The notes beneath the pieces were generated by a model. It ran no database searches. It was not told the DNA's origin and worked only from the letters and a program-made list of their open reading frames with translations. A stretch of DNA of 64,000 nt. It comes from Nanobdellota archaeon. GTDB taxonomy: Archaea > Nanobdellota > Nanobdellia > Woesearchaeales > SM23-78. Both the position numbers and the translations under genes were made by a program. Shown piece by piece: positions 37,959 through 46,781 of the stretch. The stretch covers positions 8,429-72,428 of the forward strand of contig JAHJQO010000010.1 in assembly GCA_018819305.1 (NCBI GenBank). The letters are read 5' to 3'. How positions within the stretch are numbered: the first letter of the stretch is position 1; the number at the start of each line of letters is the position of its first letter.

Positions 37959-39350
37959 TTAGAAATATAAATCCCGCTCTCCTTTTTCAATTTGATTTAG
38001 GTACATAGTGGTTTTTTGTTTTACATCTTTGTCAGAAATTTCATTTAACTTTCTTTTAATAAGTTCAGTGCCGATTTTTTTCGTTTCTTCATCAGCATAA
38101 TCTTCTAAATATTCTTTAAGTGTAGTCAATGCATTAGGAAGGCAATGCTGCTTTATCAAGCCGGGTTTTGCCAGATCCATAAAATCCCTACCTACCCTGC
38201 CACGCCGATAACAACCCGTACAAAAAGAAGGAATAAAACCTTGTTTAAGAACAGATTTTATAACTTCTCCAGAAGAGCGCGTGTCGCTTAAACTGAATTG
38301 TTCTTCATTTTCAGAGTTGGCTGATGCTTCTTTGTATCCTCCTGGGTTGGTTTTTGAACCTGCACTTATTTGTGATACGCCCAGGTTGAGAACTTCTTTT
38401 CTTATTTGAGCTGATTCTCTTGTTGATAATATGATTCCTGTGTAAGGAACCGCGCATCTTAACACAGCAACAAGTTTCTTGAAGTCATTATCTGATACTT
38501 TACAAGGAGGCGTTATTGCTACAGGCGCATTTTGTGCATGCTCAAGTCGCGGAATCGATATTGTGTGAGGTCCTATGTTAAATGTTTTATCAAGATGTTG
38601 AGCATGCTGAATCAATGCCATCACCTCAAATTTATAGTTATACAATCCAAACAATGCTCCAATGCCAATATCATGCAACCCATTGTTCAGAGCCCGGTCC
38701 ATAGTGTTGAGCCTCCATTCATAATCAGCTTTTTTCCCGATAGGATGCATTTTTTTATAGGTTGCTTTATGATATGTTTCCTGAAACACTGTGTATGTTC
38801 CAATTTTTTCTTTGCTTAGCTTTTGGAATTGCTCTTCTGTCAGAGGCTGAATCTCAATATTAATTCTTCTTATAGTATTCTCTTTGGAATCGCTTACAGA
38901 ATATGCTGCGCGTAAGCCTTTAAGAAAATATTCAAACCCGCATTTTTGTGTGTGCTCTCCCATTAGCATCAGAATTCGCTTGTGGCCTTGCTCTAAAATG
39001 AATTTTGTTTCTTCTTTTAGTTCTTCTAAAGTTAAGCAGCGTCTTTTCATTTCCTTATTGTCTTTTCGAAAACCGCAATAAAGGCAGTTATTAGAGCAAT
39101 AATTAGAAACATAGACCGGCGCAAAAAGCACAAGCCGTTTGCCATATATTTCTTCTTTTATTTTTAATGCTGTATTAAATAGTCTGTTAAGAGAAGCATT
39201 ATCATAGATGTTGAGCAAAACACTGACCTCTTCAAGCTCCAGTCCCTTAAGCGTTAAAGCTTTATTTAAGACTTCTTCGACTCTTTGCTTTTGAGGCTGG
39301 CTTGTTTTTTTCAGGATTTGGTTGATTTGGTTTTCATTAATAAAGCTCAT
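37959..39350 (-). CDS. hydG: Radical SAM tyrosine lyase HydG ([FeFe]-hydrogenase-type maturase)
   Basis: CSNNCLYCGF radical-SAM motif plus a C-terminal CTGC-X22-C (CTGCYRRGRVGRDFMDLAKPGLIKQHC). By my count this is exactly CX2CX22C, the motif that separates HydG from ThiH. Confidence 0.8.
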   Translation of the reverse strand: MSFINENQINQILKKTSQPQKQRVEEVLNKALTLKGLELEEVSVLLNIYDNASLNRLFNTALKIKEEIYGKRLVLFAPVYVSNYCSNNCLYCGFRKDNKEMKRRCLTLEELKEETKFILEQGHKRILMLMGEHTQKCGFEYFLKGLRAAYSVSDSKENTIRRINIEIQPLTEEQFQKLSKEKIGTYTVFQETYHKATYKKMHPIGKKADYEWRLNTMDRALNNGLHDIGIGALFGLYNYKFEVMALIQHAQHLDKTFNIGPHTISIPRLEHAQNAPVAITPPCKVSDNDFKKLVAVLRCAVPYTGIILSTRESAQIRKEVLNLGVSQISAGSKTNPGGYKEASANSENEEQFSLSDTRSSGEVIKSVLKQGFIPSFCTGCYRRGRVGRDFMDLAKPGLIKQHCLPNALTTLKEYLEDYADEETKKIGTELIKRKLNEISDKDVKQKTTMYLNQIEKGERDLYF

Positions 39351-39394
39351 TTTTTTTCCTTTTTTTTTAGTTCTTTTGAGGCTGCTGTACAGAT

Positions 39395-40732
39395 TTAAGT
39401 ATGGCCTATGTCTGTCGGGGCTCTGCCCAAAGAGTATAATAATTTAATGGTTTCCTTAATGTTTTTTTTGACTGTAATATCTTTATCTGGTCTGCCAGAA
39501 TAAATTGAATAGAGCTCTTTATAACAGTGAGGAGTAAGGTTTATCATTAATGAGTTTGCACCTGCTAATAATCCTTGTTTTTTAGCATCTTCATGAAGGG
39601 TTTCTACAGCACTAGTTACAAGAATTTTTGAACGAACATCCATGAATCTGCAAAGGGAAATGACTTTCAACACAGAGTTGATATCGATCTGCTTTTGATT
39701 TTCTAAAGGCGTGTTTTTTGCAGGTATTAACGGTCCAAAAGAATACATGTCTGCTTTTAGAGCCTTTGTTAGTATGATATTATTGATGATGTCCTGCTCA
39801 GTTTCTTCAGGAATCCCCATGATGAATCCAGTGGCAATTAGGTATCCAATTTTTTTTGCATATTTGATTAATTCAATTCTTTCTTCAAAATTAGTTTCAG
39901 GCCGCACCTTCTTAAATAATTCTTTATTTGAGGTTTCAAATCTTAGCAGAACTGCACGCGCTCCTGCGTCATACAGCTTTTTGTATAATTCTTTTTTTCT
40001 TGTGCCTATGCTGATGAATATGAGAACGCCTAACTTCCGGATTGTTTTTACCACTTTTACAAGTTCTTCATCTGTATAAGATAAATCCTCTCCAGACTGC
40101 AATACTAAAGCTTTAAAACCAAGATTATCTACTGCATGTTTAGCAAGAGAAATGATTTCTTCAGCACTCATTCTGTATCTTTTAATATTATTATCTTTTC
40201 TAATGCCGCAGTAGAAGCAGTTTCTTCTGCAATTATTTGAGAACTCTATAATGCCATGCACGCAACACGCGTTGTCATGTTCTTTTTGCCGCAGATTATT
40301 GGCGGTTTCATAGAGCAGTTTTAGCTCATTCTTATCTTTTAATCTCAGCAGGTTTAAGAGTTCATTATTATTCAGCTCTTTTCTTAGATTTACTTTTTGC
40401 AGTATCTCCAAAAGATTATCTGATGCTTCTAAATCTTCAATTTTGGCCAATTGGTTGTCCACTTTTTTGAGCTCAAAAAATTTCTCTTTCCAAAAATCCA
40501 GTATTTTAAGTGCGTCTTGCTCTGCAATTTTACTAATAACAACACCGCCTTGTGCGTAGACATAATCACCTGCTTGAGCCTCAGAATCCATGAGTACTTT
40601 TCTCTTCTCACCAAAATAATCAACAGTTCCAATATTATCTTTTATTTCAACAAGTTTCCCTGGAATCGCATAACACATGTGAATCTGAAAACAGAGCATG
40701 ATTAATAAAACTTTTGCTAACTTTTTAAGCAA
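39395..40732 (-). CDS. hydE: Fusion protein: N-terminal HypC/HupF-like domain plus radical SAM HydE
   Basis: MCYAIPGKLVEIKDNIGTVDYFGEKRKVLMDSEAQAGDYVYAQGGVVISKIAEQDA matches HypC (MC-x-[AG]-[IV]-P-G ... GD[WY]V). Then IIEFSNNCRRNCFYCGIRKDN...VLQSGED...GFIMGIP matches HydE. The ORF opens at TTG 40732, but ATG 40678 gives the Met-Cys N-terminus and sits 22 nt downstream of a TATA-like ttttattaat. Confidence 0.7.
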   Translation of the reverse strand: MLKKLAKVLLIMLCFQIHMCYAIPGKLVEIKDNIGTVDYFGEKRKVLMDSEAQAGDYVYAQGGVVISKIAEQDALKILDFWKEKFFELKKVDNQLAKIEDLEASDNLLEILQKVNLRKELNNNELLNLLRLKDKNELKLLYETANNLRQKEHDNACCVHGIIEFSNNCRRNCFYCGIRKDNNIKRYRMSAEEIISLAKHAVDNLGFKALVLQSGEDLSYTDEELVKVVKTIRKLGVLIFISIGTRKKELYKKLYDAGARAVLLRFETSNKELFKKVRPETNFEERIELIKYAKKIGYLIATGFIMGIPEETEQDIINNIILTKALKADMYSFGPLIPAKNTPLENQKQIDINSVLKVISLCRFMDVRSKILVTSAVETLHEDAKKQGLLAGANSLMINLTPHCYKELYSIYSGRPDKDITVKKNIKETIKLLYSLGRAPTDIGHT

Positions 40733-40752
40733 TATCCTTTATCCATAACAAG

Positions 40753-40762
40753 CTTTAAATAA
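40753..40762 (+). promoter_or_regulatory. TATA box of the hydrogenase operon
   Basis: aagCTTTAAATAa ends 23 nt before ATG 40786. Confidence 0.4.
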
Positions 40763-40785
40763 TTAATATGAGCTATGTTTGAGAT

Positions 40786-41160
40786 ATGAAAAAAATATTA
40801 GTCTTTGGAAACCCTTATCTAAAAGAAGATAATCTTGCAGTTAAGATAGGCAGGAAGCTGAATGTCAAGGGTTTTGAAGTTGAGTTTTGTTCTAATCCAG
40901 ATGATTTGCTTAATCATGATTTGAAGGAGAGTATTATTCTGGATGTTGCCAAAGGTATTGAAAAGGTTGATTTGTTTGATGATATTGATAGTCTTGAGTT
41001 TTCTGTGATATTTTCTCTGCATGACTTTGACCTTAGTTTTTTCTTGAAGCTGCTGAAAGAGACTGGTCAGGTTGATAAGGTCAATATAATTGGAATTCCA
41101 CAGAATTATAATGAAGAGAATGCGTTAGATGAAGTAGTGTCCCTGATTAGAAGCTTTTAA
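40786..41160 (+). CDS. [NiFe] hydrogenase maturation endopeptidase (HycI/HyaD-like)
   Basis: 124 aa with ILVFGNPYLKEDNLAVKIG (compare GN-x-x-x-x-DDG-x-G) and a SLHD segment. First gene of the hydrogenase operon. Confidence 0.5.
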   Translation: MKKILVFGNPYLKEDNLAVKIGRKLNVKGFEVEFCSNPDDLLNHDLKESIILDVAKGIEKVDLFDDIDSLEFSVIFSLHDFDLSFFLKLLKETGQVDKVNIIGIPQNYNEENALDEVVSLIRSF

Positions 41161-41200
41161 CAGCAACTTTTAAATACCTGAGTTTTCTTTCTATTCTTGT

Positions 41201-42154
41201 ATGGGTAAGGTTTTAGAGAAAAAGAGGTTAAAGGAGTTTTTAAGCAGTGTTTCTAAGGGTGCTGAGCTAATTGCTCCTGTTAAGAGCGACACACTTAGAT
41301 TTGAGATTATTAAGGATTTTGATGATATTTGCCTTGAAGGAAGGCCTCTTTTTCCTGTTAAGAAGTTCTTTTCGCCTGCCAGACATGATATTTTTAAGCT
41401 CAATTTGGCTGATAAAAACAAGGCTTTTGAAGAGGTCAAGAACAAGATTAAGCCAAGAGTTATTTTTGGAGGCAGATTATGTGATTTCAACGGCCTTTTG
41501 AGACTTGACAAACTATTTTTAGCTAAAGAGTTTCAGGATGAATATTATAAAGAAGCAAGAGAAAAGACTTTGCTTATAGGTATTAATTGTGTTCCTGCTC
41601 CCAGCAAATACTGTTTTTGCGAATCCATGAATTTAGATAAGTATTATGACTTATTTTTCCATGATTTAGGTGATAAATATTATATTGAAGCTGGCAGTCC
41701 AAAAGGTGAATCCCTGATTCTTAAGCTAGAAGATTATGATTTTTCCATTCCTGCTATTAAATGCAAAAAACATCTTGAAAAGAAAGATCTTTCAGGTTTT
41801 TATGACAGTCCTGCATGGAAAGATGGCAGTAAAAAATGCCTGAATTGCGGAAAATGCACTGCTCATTGCACAACCTGCCTTTGTTTTGATGTGATTGATG
41901 AAGTAGATGCTGACCTGAAAAAAGGAAAGCGTTTCAAAGAGTGGGATTCTTGTCAATTCACTAACTTTACTCAGGTTGCAGGCGGCTTTGTTTTTAGAAA
42001 AGATTATGTTGCAAAGTTCAAGCACAGAATTTACCATAAGCTGCAGTATTTTAGAGAAAGATTTGGCATGGACATGTGCACTGGATGCGGCAGATGCATT
42101 GAATCATGCCCGCGTTTGATTGATTTTACAGAGACAGTTAATAAGCTTAAGTAG
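41201..42154 (+). CDS. Group 3b [NiFe] hydrogenase (sulfhydrogenase) beta subunit, AsrA-like Fe-S protein
   Basis: CLNCGKCTAHCTTCLCFD and CTGCGRCIESCP clusters. Gene order beta-gamma-delta-alpha as in Pyrococcus sulfhydrogenase. Confidence 0.75.
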   Translation: MGKVLEKKRLKEFLSSVSKGAELIAPVKSDTLRFEIIKDFDDICLEGRPLFPVKKFFSPARHDIFKLNLADKNKAFEEVKNKIKPRVIFGGRLCDFNGLLRLDKLFLAKEFQDEYYKEAREKTLLIGINCVPAPSKYCFCESMNLDKYYDLFFHDLGDKYYIEAGSPKGESLILKLEDYDFSIPAIKCKKHLEKKDLSGFYDSPAWKDGSKKCLNCGKCTAHCTTCLCFDVIDEVDADLKKGKRFKEWDSCQFTNFTQVAGGFVFRKDYVAKFKHRIYHKLQYFRERFGMDMCTGCGRCIESCPRLIDFTETVNKLK

Positions 42155-42162
42155 AGGAGAAA

Positions 42163-42963
42163 ATGTTATCCAAATCAACACCATTGAAAATTGTGAAAAA
42201 GGAAAAACAAGCTGACAAGACTTATTTGTTCAGACTTGAAGGTTCTGGAAAGAAAAAAATTAAGTTTGATTATAAGATAGGCCAGTTTTATCAGGTTTCT
42301 GTTCCAGGCATTGGAGAAGCACCTATTTCTGTTTGTTCTTTTTCTGAAGATTTCTTAGAGTTTAATATTAGAGGTGTAGGTGATGTGACAGATAAGCTGC
42401 TTGAGCTTGAAGTTGGAGATAACATATGGATTAGAGGACCTTATGGAACAAGTTATCCTTTGGATAAATTAAAAGGAAATAATATTATGATTATTGGAGG
42501 CGGAACAGGCATTGCACCGCTTCGCGGAGCATTAAAATATCTTGAAATGCACAGAGCTGATTTTGAAAGAGTGCACATATTTTTTGGATGTAGAAGTCCT
42601 GAAGAAGTTTTATTTAAAAAAGATATGCATCATTGGGATAGAATTTTTGACTTAAATCTGACTGTTGACAAAGCGCCTGCAAATTACAAAGGTAAAGTTG
42701 GTCTTGTTACGAAGATTGTTGAGGAATCAGGGCTTGATAATAGAAATAAGGTTGTTTTGATTTGCGGGCCTCCTATTATGATGAAATTTGTGATAAAAAC
42801 TTTAGAATCAATGGGCTTTCATTATGACCAGATATTTCTGAGTCATGAGAGAAGAATGAAATGCGGTGTGGGAATGTGCGGCCACTGCATGATATCTGGA
42901 ATTTATGTTTGTAAAGATGGTCCTGTTTTTAGATATGATAAGATTTTAGGAATGCATGAATAA
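42163..42963 (+). CDS. Group 3b [NiFe] hydrogenase gamma subunit (FAD/NAD(P)-binding, 2Fe-2S)
   Basis: Ferredoxin-reductase fold (GQFYQVSVPG, IGGGTGIAP) and C-terminal CGVGMCGHC. Confidence 0.8.
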   Translation: MLSKSTPLKIVKKEKQADKTYLFRLEGSGKKKIKFDYKIGQFYQVSVPGIGEAPISVCSFSEDFLEFNIRGVGDVTDKLLELEVGDNIWIRGPYGTSYPLDKLKGNNIMIIGGGTGIAPLRGALKYLEMHRADFERVHIFFGCRSPEEVLFKKDMHHWDRIFDLNLTVDKAPANYKGKVGLVTKIVEESGLDNRNKVVLICGPPIMMKFVIKTLESMGFHYDQIFLSHERRMKCGVGMCGHCMISGIYVCKDGPVFRYDKILGMHE

Positions 42964-42965
42964 AA

Positions 42966-43751
42966 ATGGTCAAACAAAAAGAAAAAAAATTAAGAGTCGG
43001 GGTTCATAGTCTTACTGGCTGTGCCGGTTGCCAGCTCAGTATTTATTTCATAGAGGATATTCTTTTGGATTTGCTTGATAAGATTGAGTTGATTGCTGCG
43101 CCTATGATTAAAGGAGCAAATATTGATGGTCCTTATGATATTTTATTTGTTGAAGGAAGTGTTAGTTCACAAGGAGATTTGGAGAATTTAAAGAAATGGA
43201 GAGAAGAAGCAAAAATTCTTGTTTCTCTGGGTGCCTGTGCAACTCATGGATGTATGCAATCAATGAAACACATGATGGATGAAAAACAAGTAGAGCAGAC
43301 AGTATATAATAAGTTTCCTTCTGAAAAAAATCTTCAACCTATAACTGCAGTCCCTCTTCATAATTATATTGATGTTGAATTTTTAATTCCAGGATGCCCA
43401 CCCAGTAAAGATGAAATTGTACAGATATTAAAGCATGTTTTGCAGGGAAGAATCTTAAGGGTTTATGACAAGGCTGTTTGTCATGCATGCAGTTTGAAGG
43501 AGAATTACTGTTTGCTTGATCAGGGGATTGAATGCCTTGGTCCATTATGCAATGGAGGTTGCCAGGCATTATGTCCTAGTTTTAATCATCCCTGCACAGG
43601 ATGCAGAGGATGGCTTGATGATGCTAATATTGGCTCTGGTAAGAAACTGCTTGAAGAAAAAGGATTTAACATTGATATGCTGGTTAAGAGAATGACAAAG
43701 TATAATGCTTTGCAGTTTCTTGAGCATGAAAAAAAAGCAAAAGAAAAATGA
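42966..43751 (+). CDS. Group 3b [NiFe] hydrogenase delta (small) subunit
   Basis: N-terminal HSLTGCAGCQ and distal Cys clusters (GCPP, CHAC, CLGPLCNGGC, CTGC). Confidence 0.8.
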   Translation: MVKQKEKKLRVGVHSLTGCAGCQLSIYFIEDILLDLLDKIELIAAPMIKGANIDGPYDILFVEGSVSSQGDLENLKKWREEAKILVSLGACATHGCMQSMKHMMDEKQVEQTVYNKFPSEKNLQPITAVPLHNYIDVEFLIPGCPPSKDEIVQILKHVLQGRILRVYDKAVCHACSLKENYCLLDQGIECLGPLCNGGCQALCPSFNHPCTGCRGWLDDANIGSGKKLLEEKGFNIDMLVKRMTKYNALQFLEHEKKAKEK

Positions 43752-44503
43752 CTAAAGAATTAGAGATTTGGTGGAATGAGGTATCTAAAGGTTATCAGGA
43801 AGATTCAGATTTACATACTAAATCGGCTCTTTACGGGCCTTTTTGTCCTGATGAGGATAAATTAAAATTATTAGGCAATCTAAAAGGGAAAAAAATCTTG
43901 GAAGTTGGATGTGGCGGAGCCCAGTGTTCTATTGCTTTTGCTAAAAAAGGTGCAATTTGTACTGGTCTTGATATTTCAAAAAATCAACTTGATTATGCAG
44001 AAAAAATTGTTAAGAAAAATAAGGTTAAGGTGAAGCTTATAAAAAAAGATATTCAGACTTTGTCTGGAATAAAATCAAATAGCTTTGACATTGTTTTTTC
44101 TGCGTATGCTTTGTTATATGTTCCAAATCTCAAAAAGTGTTTTAAGGAAATTAATAGGGTTTTAAAAACAGGCGGTATTTTTGTTTTTAGTCATGACAGC
44201 CCTTTTTTTCTTACTCTCGATGCTAAAACTAAAAAAATTGTAAGAAGTTACTTAAGGACTGGAAAACAGGAAGAAATTGATTTTGGGCCTGACGGTTCAA
44301 AGCATAAATTTGTTTTTTATAATAGAAAGCTCAGCGAAATATATAATTCCTTGGTTGAGACGGGTTTTTTTGTGAAAAAAATACTAGAACCTTATTATCC
44401 TAAGCAAAAAGCTTGGTCAAGAAAGTCATGGCGGGAGATTTATCCTCCTGAGTTTGTTAAGTTAATGCCGCCGACAATTATTTTTAAGGCAGTGAAAATA
44501 TAG
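43748..44503 (+). CDS. Class I SAM-dependent methyltransferase
   Basis: ILEVGCGGAQCSIAFAKKGA (motif I), DIVFSAYAL and LKTGGIFVFS. The start overlaps the delta-subunit stop as ATGA. Confidence 0.8.
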   Translation: MTKELEIWWNEVSKGYQEDSDLHTKSALYGPFCPDEDKLKLLGNLKGKKILEVGCGGAQCSIAFAKKGAICTGLDISKNQLDYAEKIVKKNKVKVKLIKKDIQTLSGIKSNSFDIVFSAYALLYVPNLKKCFKEINRVLKTGGIFVFSHDSPFFLTLDAKTKKIVRSYLRTGKQEEIDFGPDGSKHKFVFYNRKLSEIYNSLVETGFFVKKILEPYYPKQKAWSRKSWREIYPPEFVKLMPPTIIFKAVKI

Positions 44504-44512
44504 GGAAATAAA

Positions 44513-45796
44513 ATGTCAAACATTGAGTTAAATCATATTTGTAAAGTTGAAGGTCATGGCAGTTTGCATGTTGAGATAAAAGGCAGCAAACTTGTCAAGT
44601 GCAAGCTTGGTGTTGTTGAAGGAGCGCGTTTTTTTGAAGGTTTGGTTGCTGGAAAAAGATATGATGATATTCAGGAAATCACTTCAAGGATTTGTGGTAT
44701 TTGTTCTTGTGCGCATACTGTTGCTTGTTTGCAGGCAATTGAAAATGCAATGGGTGTGAAGATTTCTGAGCAGACAAGACGGCTTAGGGAGTTGTTGTCT
44801 GTTGCTGAGAGAATAAGAAGCCATGCTACGCATTTATATTTTTTAGCTTTGCCTGATTATCTTGGATATGAATCTGCTCTTGCAATGACAAAGAAATATA
44901 AAAAAGAGATTTTGCGCGCTTTGAATTTAATGAAGCTAGGCAATAATATGGTGCAGATGATTGGCGGAAAAGAAATGCATCCTTTTACAAGTGTTGTTGG
45001 TGGTTTTACGCATGTTCCTGATAAAGAAACTGTTTCTTATTTAAGAGATGAGCTTAAGAAAGCTTTAGTTCCTGCTGTTGAGACAGCGAACTTGTTTTTG
45101 AAGCTGAAACAGCCAAAGTTTGAGTCTGACAAGGATTTTGTAGCTTTGAAACCTGAGAAAGAAGCGCCTTTGATTTCTGGGAATATTATTTCTTTATCCG
45201 GTCTTGATATTAATCCAGTTGCATATGACAAGTATCTTGACGAAGAGGTAAAACCTTATTCAACAGCAAAGTTTTCAAAGTTTAATGGTAAACTGTTTAA
45301 TGTTGGTGCTCTTGCAAGGATTAATACAAGTTATACTAAATTAAGCAAAAAATCACGCGAATTGTTTGAAAAAGCAAAATTAAAAGTTCCTATTATGAAT
45401 CCTTATTATAATAATGTTGCGCAGGCAATTGAATTAGTGCATTGGGTTGAAAGAGGTTATGCTCTTCTTAATTATGATTTTAAATTTGAAGGACTTCCTG
45501 AAGTTAATGTTAAGGCAGGAAGAGGAGTTAGTGCTGTTGAAGCGCCCAGAGGAATACTTTATCATGATTACACAATTAATAACAAAGGCTTTGTCGAGAA
45601 GTGTAATATAATTACTCCGACTGCTCAGAACTTAAGAGCTATGGAAGATGATGTAAGGCTTTTGATTGAACAGATGCTGAAGAAGAAAAGTAAAAAAGAT
45701 AAAATTATTCTTGAAGTTGAGAAACTTATAAGGTCTTATGACCCTTGTTTTTCTTGCAGTGCACATTTTTTAAAAGTGAAATGGATTAAAAGGTGA
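44513..45796 (+). CDS. Group 3b [NiFe] hydrogenase alpha (large, catalytic) subunit
   Basis: N-terminal RICGICSCAH and C-terminal DPCFSCSAH Ni-Fe ligand motifs, followed by a 9-aa tail FLKVKWIKR of the kind removed by the endopeptidase. Confidence 0.9.
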   Translation: MSNIELNHICKVEGHGSLHVEIKGSKLVKCKLGVVEGARFFEGLVAGKRYDDIQEITSRICGICSCAHTVACLQAIENAMGVKISEQTRRLRELLSVAERIRSHATHLYFLALPDYLGYESALAMTKKYKKEILRALNLMKLGNNMVQMIGGKEMHPFTSVVGGFTHVPDKETVSYLRDELKKALVPAVETANLFLKLKQPKFESDKDFVALKPEKEAPLISGNIISLSGLDINPVAYDKYLDEEVKPYSTAKFSKFNGKLFNVGALARINTSYTKLSKKSRELFEKAKLKVPIMNPYYNNVAQAIELVHWVERGYALLNYDFKFEGLPEVNVKAGRGVSAVEAPRGILYHDYTINNKGFVEKCNIITPTAQNLRAMEDDVRLLIEQMLKKKSKKDKIILEVEKLIRSYDPCFSCSAHFLKVKWIKR

Positions 45797-45800
45797 ATTA

Positions 45801-46781
45801 ATGAAAGAATTTATGAATAATATAAAAGCAAAAGCAAAGCAAAATCCAAAAACAATTGTTTTTCCAGAAGGAACTGAAGAAAGAATTCTTAGGGCTGCTG
45901 AGAAAATAATTCAACAGGGGATTGCAGGAGTTATTCTTATTGGCGATGAGAATGAGATAAAATCAAAGGCTAATGAATTAGGAGTTAATATTGAGTATGC
46001 AAAAATAATTAATCCAAATACTTTTGAAAAATTTGATGAATATGCAAATGCTTTTTTTGAAATGCGAAAGCACAAAGGCATTACTCTTGAGCAGGCAAAA
46101 GAAACAATGTCTAATTTAACTTATTTTGGGACAATGCTGGTTCATATGGGTGAAGCAGACGGATTGGTTTCTGGAAGCACGCACTCAACAGCAGACACTG
46201 TAAGACCTGCATTGCAGATTATTAAGACTAAAGAAGAATTTCATAAAGTTTCAAGTTTTTTCTTTATGCTGCTTGAAGATAAGTTGTTGATATTTGCTGA
46301 CTGTGCAATTATTATTGATCCTGATGTAAAAACTCTTGCTGAGATTGCTATAGATACAGCAAATAATGCTCGCAAGTTCGGAATAAATCCTAAAGTTGCA
46401 ATGCTTTCATTTTCAACTAAAGGTTCTGCAAAACATGCTTTTGTGGATAAAGTAATAGAAGCTACTGCTCTTGTTAAAGAAAAAATGCCTGATTTGATTG
46501 TTGATGGCGAGATGCAGGTGGATGCTGCGCTTGTACCTCATATTTGTGAAAAAAAATGCAAGGACTGTGATTTAAAAGGAGATGCAAATGTTTTGATATT
46601 TCCAGATTTACAGTCAGGTAATATTGCATACAAGCTTGTAGAGAGATTAGCTAAAGCAAATGCAGTAGGTCCAATATTGCAGGGATTGAACAAGCCTGTT
46701 AATGACTTGAGTAGAGGTTGTAGTGTGCAGGATGTTATTGATGTGACTGCAATCACTGTTGTTGAAGCACAAGGTGCATGA
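45801..46781 (+). CDS. pta: Phosphate acetyltransferase
   Basis: 326-aa PTA_PTB-only form with IVFPEG.EERIL, GLVSGS.HSTADT and GPILQGL.KP.NDLSRG. Confidence 0.9.
   Translation: MKEFMNNIKAKAKQNPKTIVFPEGTEERILRAAEKIIQQGIAGVILIGDENEIKSKANELGVNIEYAKIINPNTFEKFDEYANAFFEMRKHKGITLEQAKETMSNLTYFGTMLVHMGEADGLVSGSTHSTADTVRPALQIIKTKEEFHKVSSFFFMLLEDKLLIFADCAIIIDPDVKTLAEIAIDTANNARKFGINPKVAMLSFSTKGSAKHAFVDKVIEATALVKEKMPDLIVDGEMQVDAALVPHICEKKCKDCDLKGDANVLIFPDLQSGNIAYKLVERLAKANAVGPILQGLNKPVNDLSRGCSVQDVIDVTAITVVEAQGA

Noticed and set aside
37959-39350. Alternative call of this radical SAM enzyme as ThiH (thiamine biosynthesis tyrosine lyase).
   Set aside because: The extra C-terminal domain with an exact CX2CX22C motif is characteristic of HydG and absent from ThiH. 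The adjacent gene is HydE-like, and no thi genes are nearby.
41191-41511. 106-aa minus-strand ORF and 76-aa plus-strand ORF overlapping the start of the hydrogenase beta subunit gene.
   Set aside because: Both overlap a gene with clear Fe-S motifs that fits the conserved operon order. They have no motifs or initiation signals.
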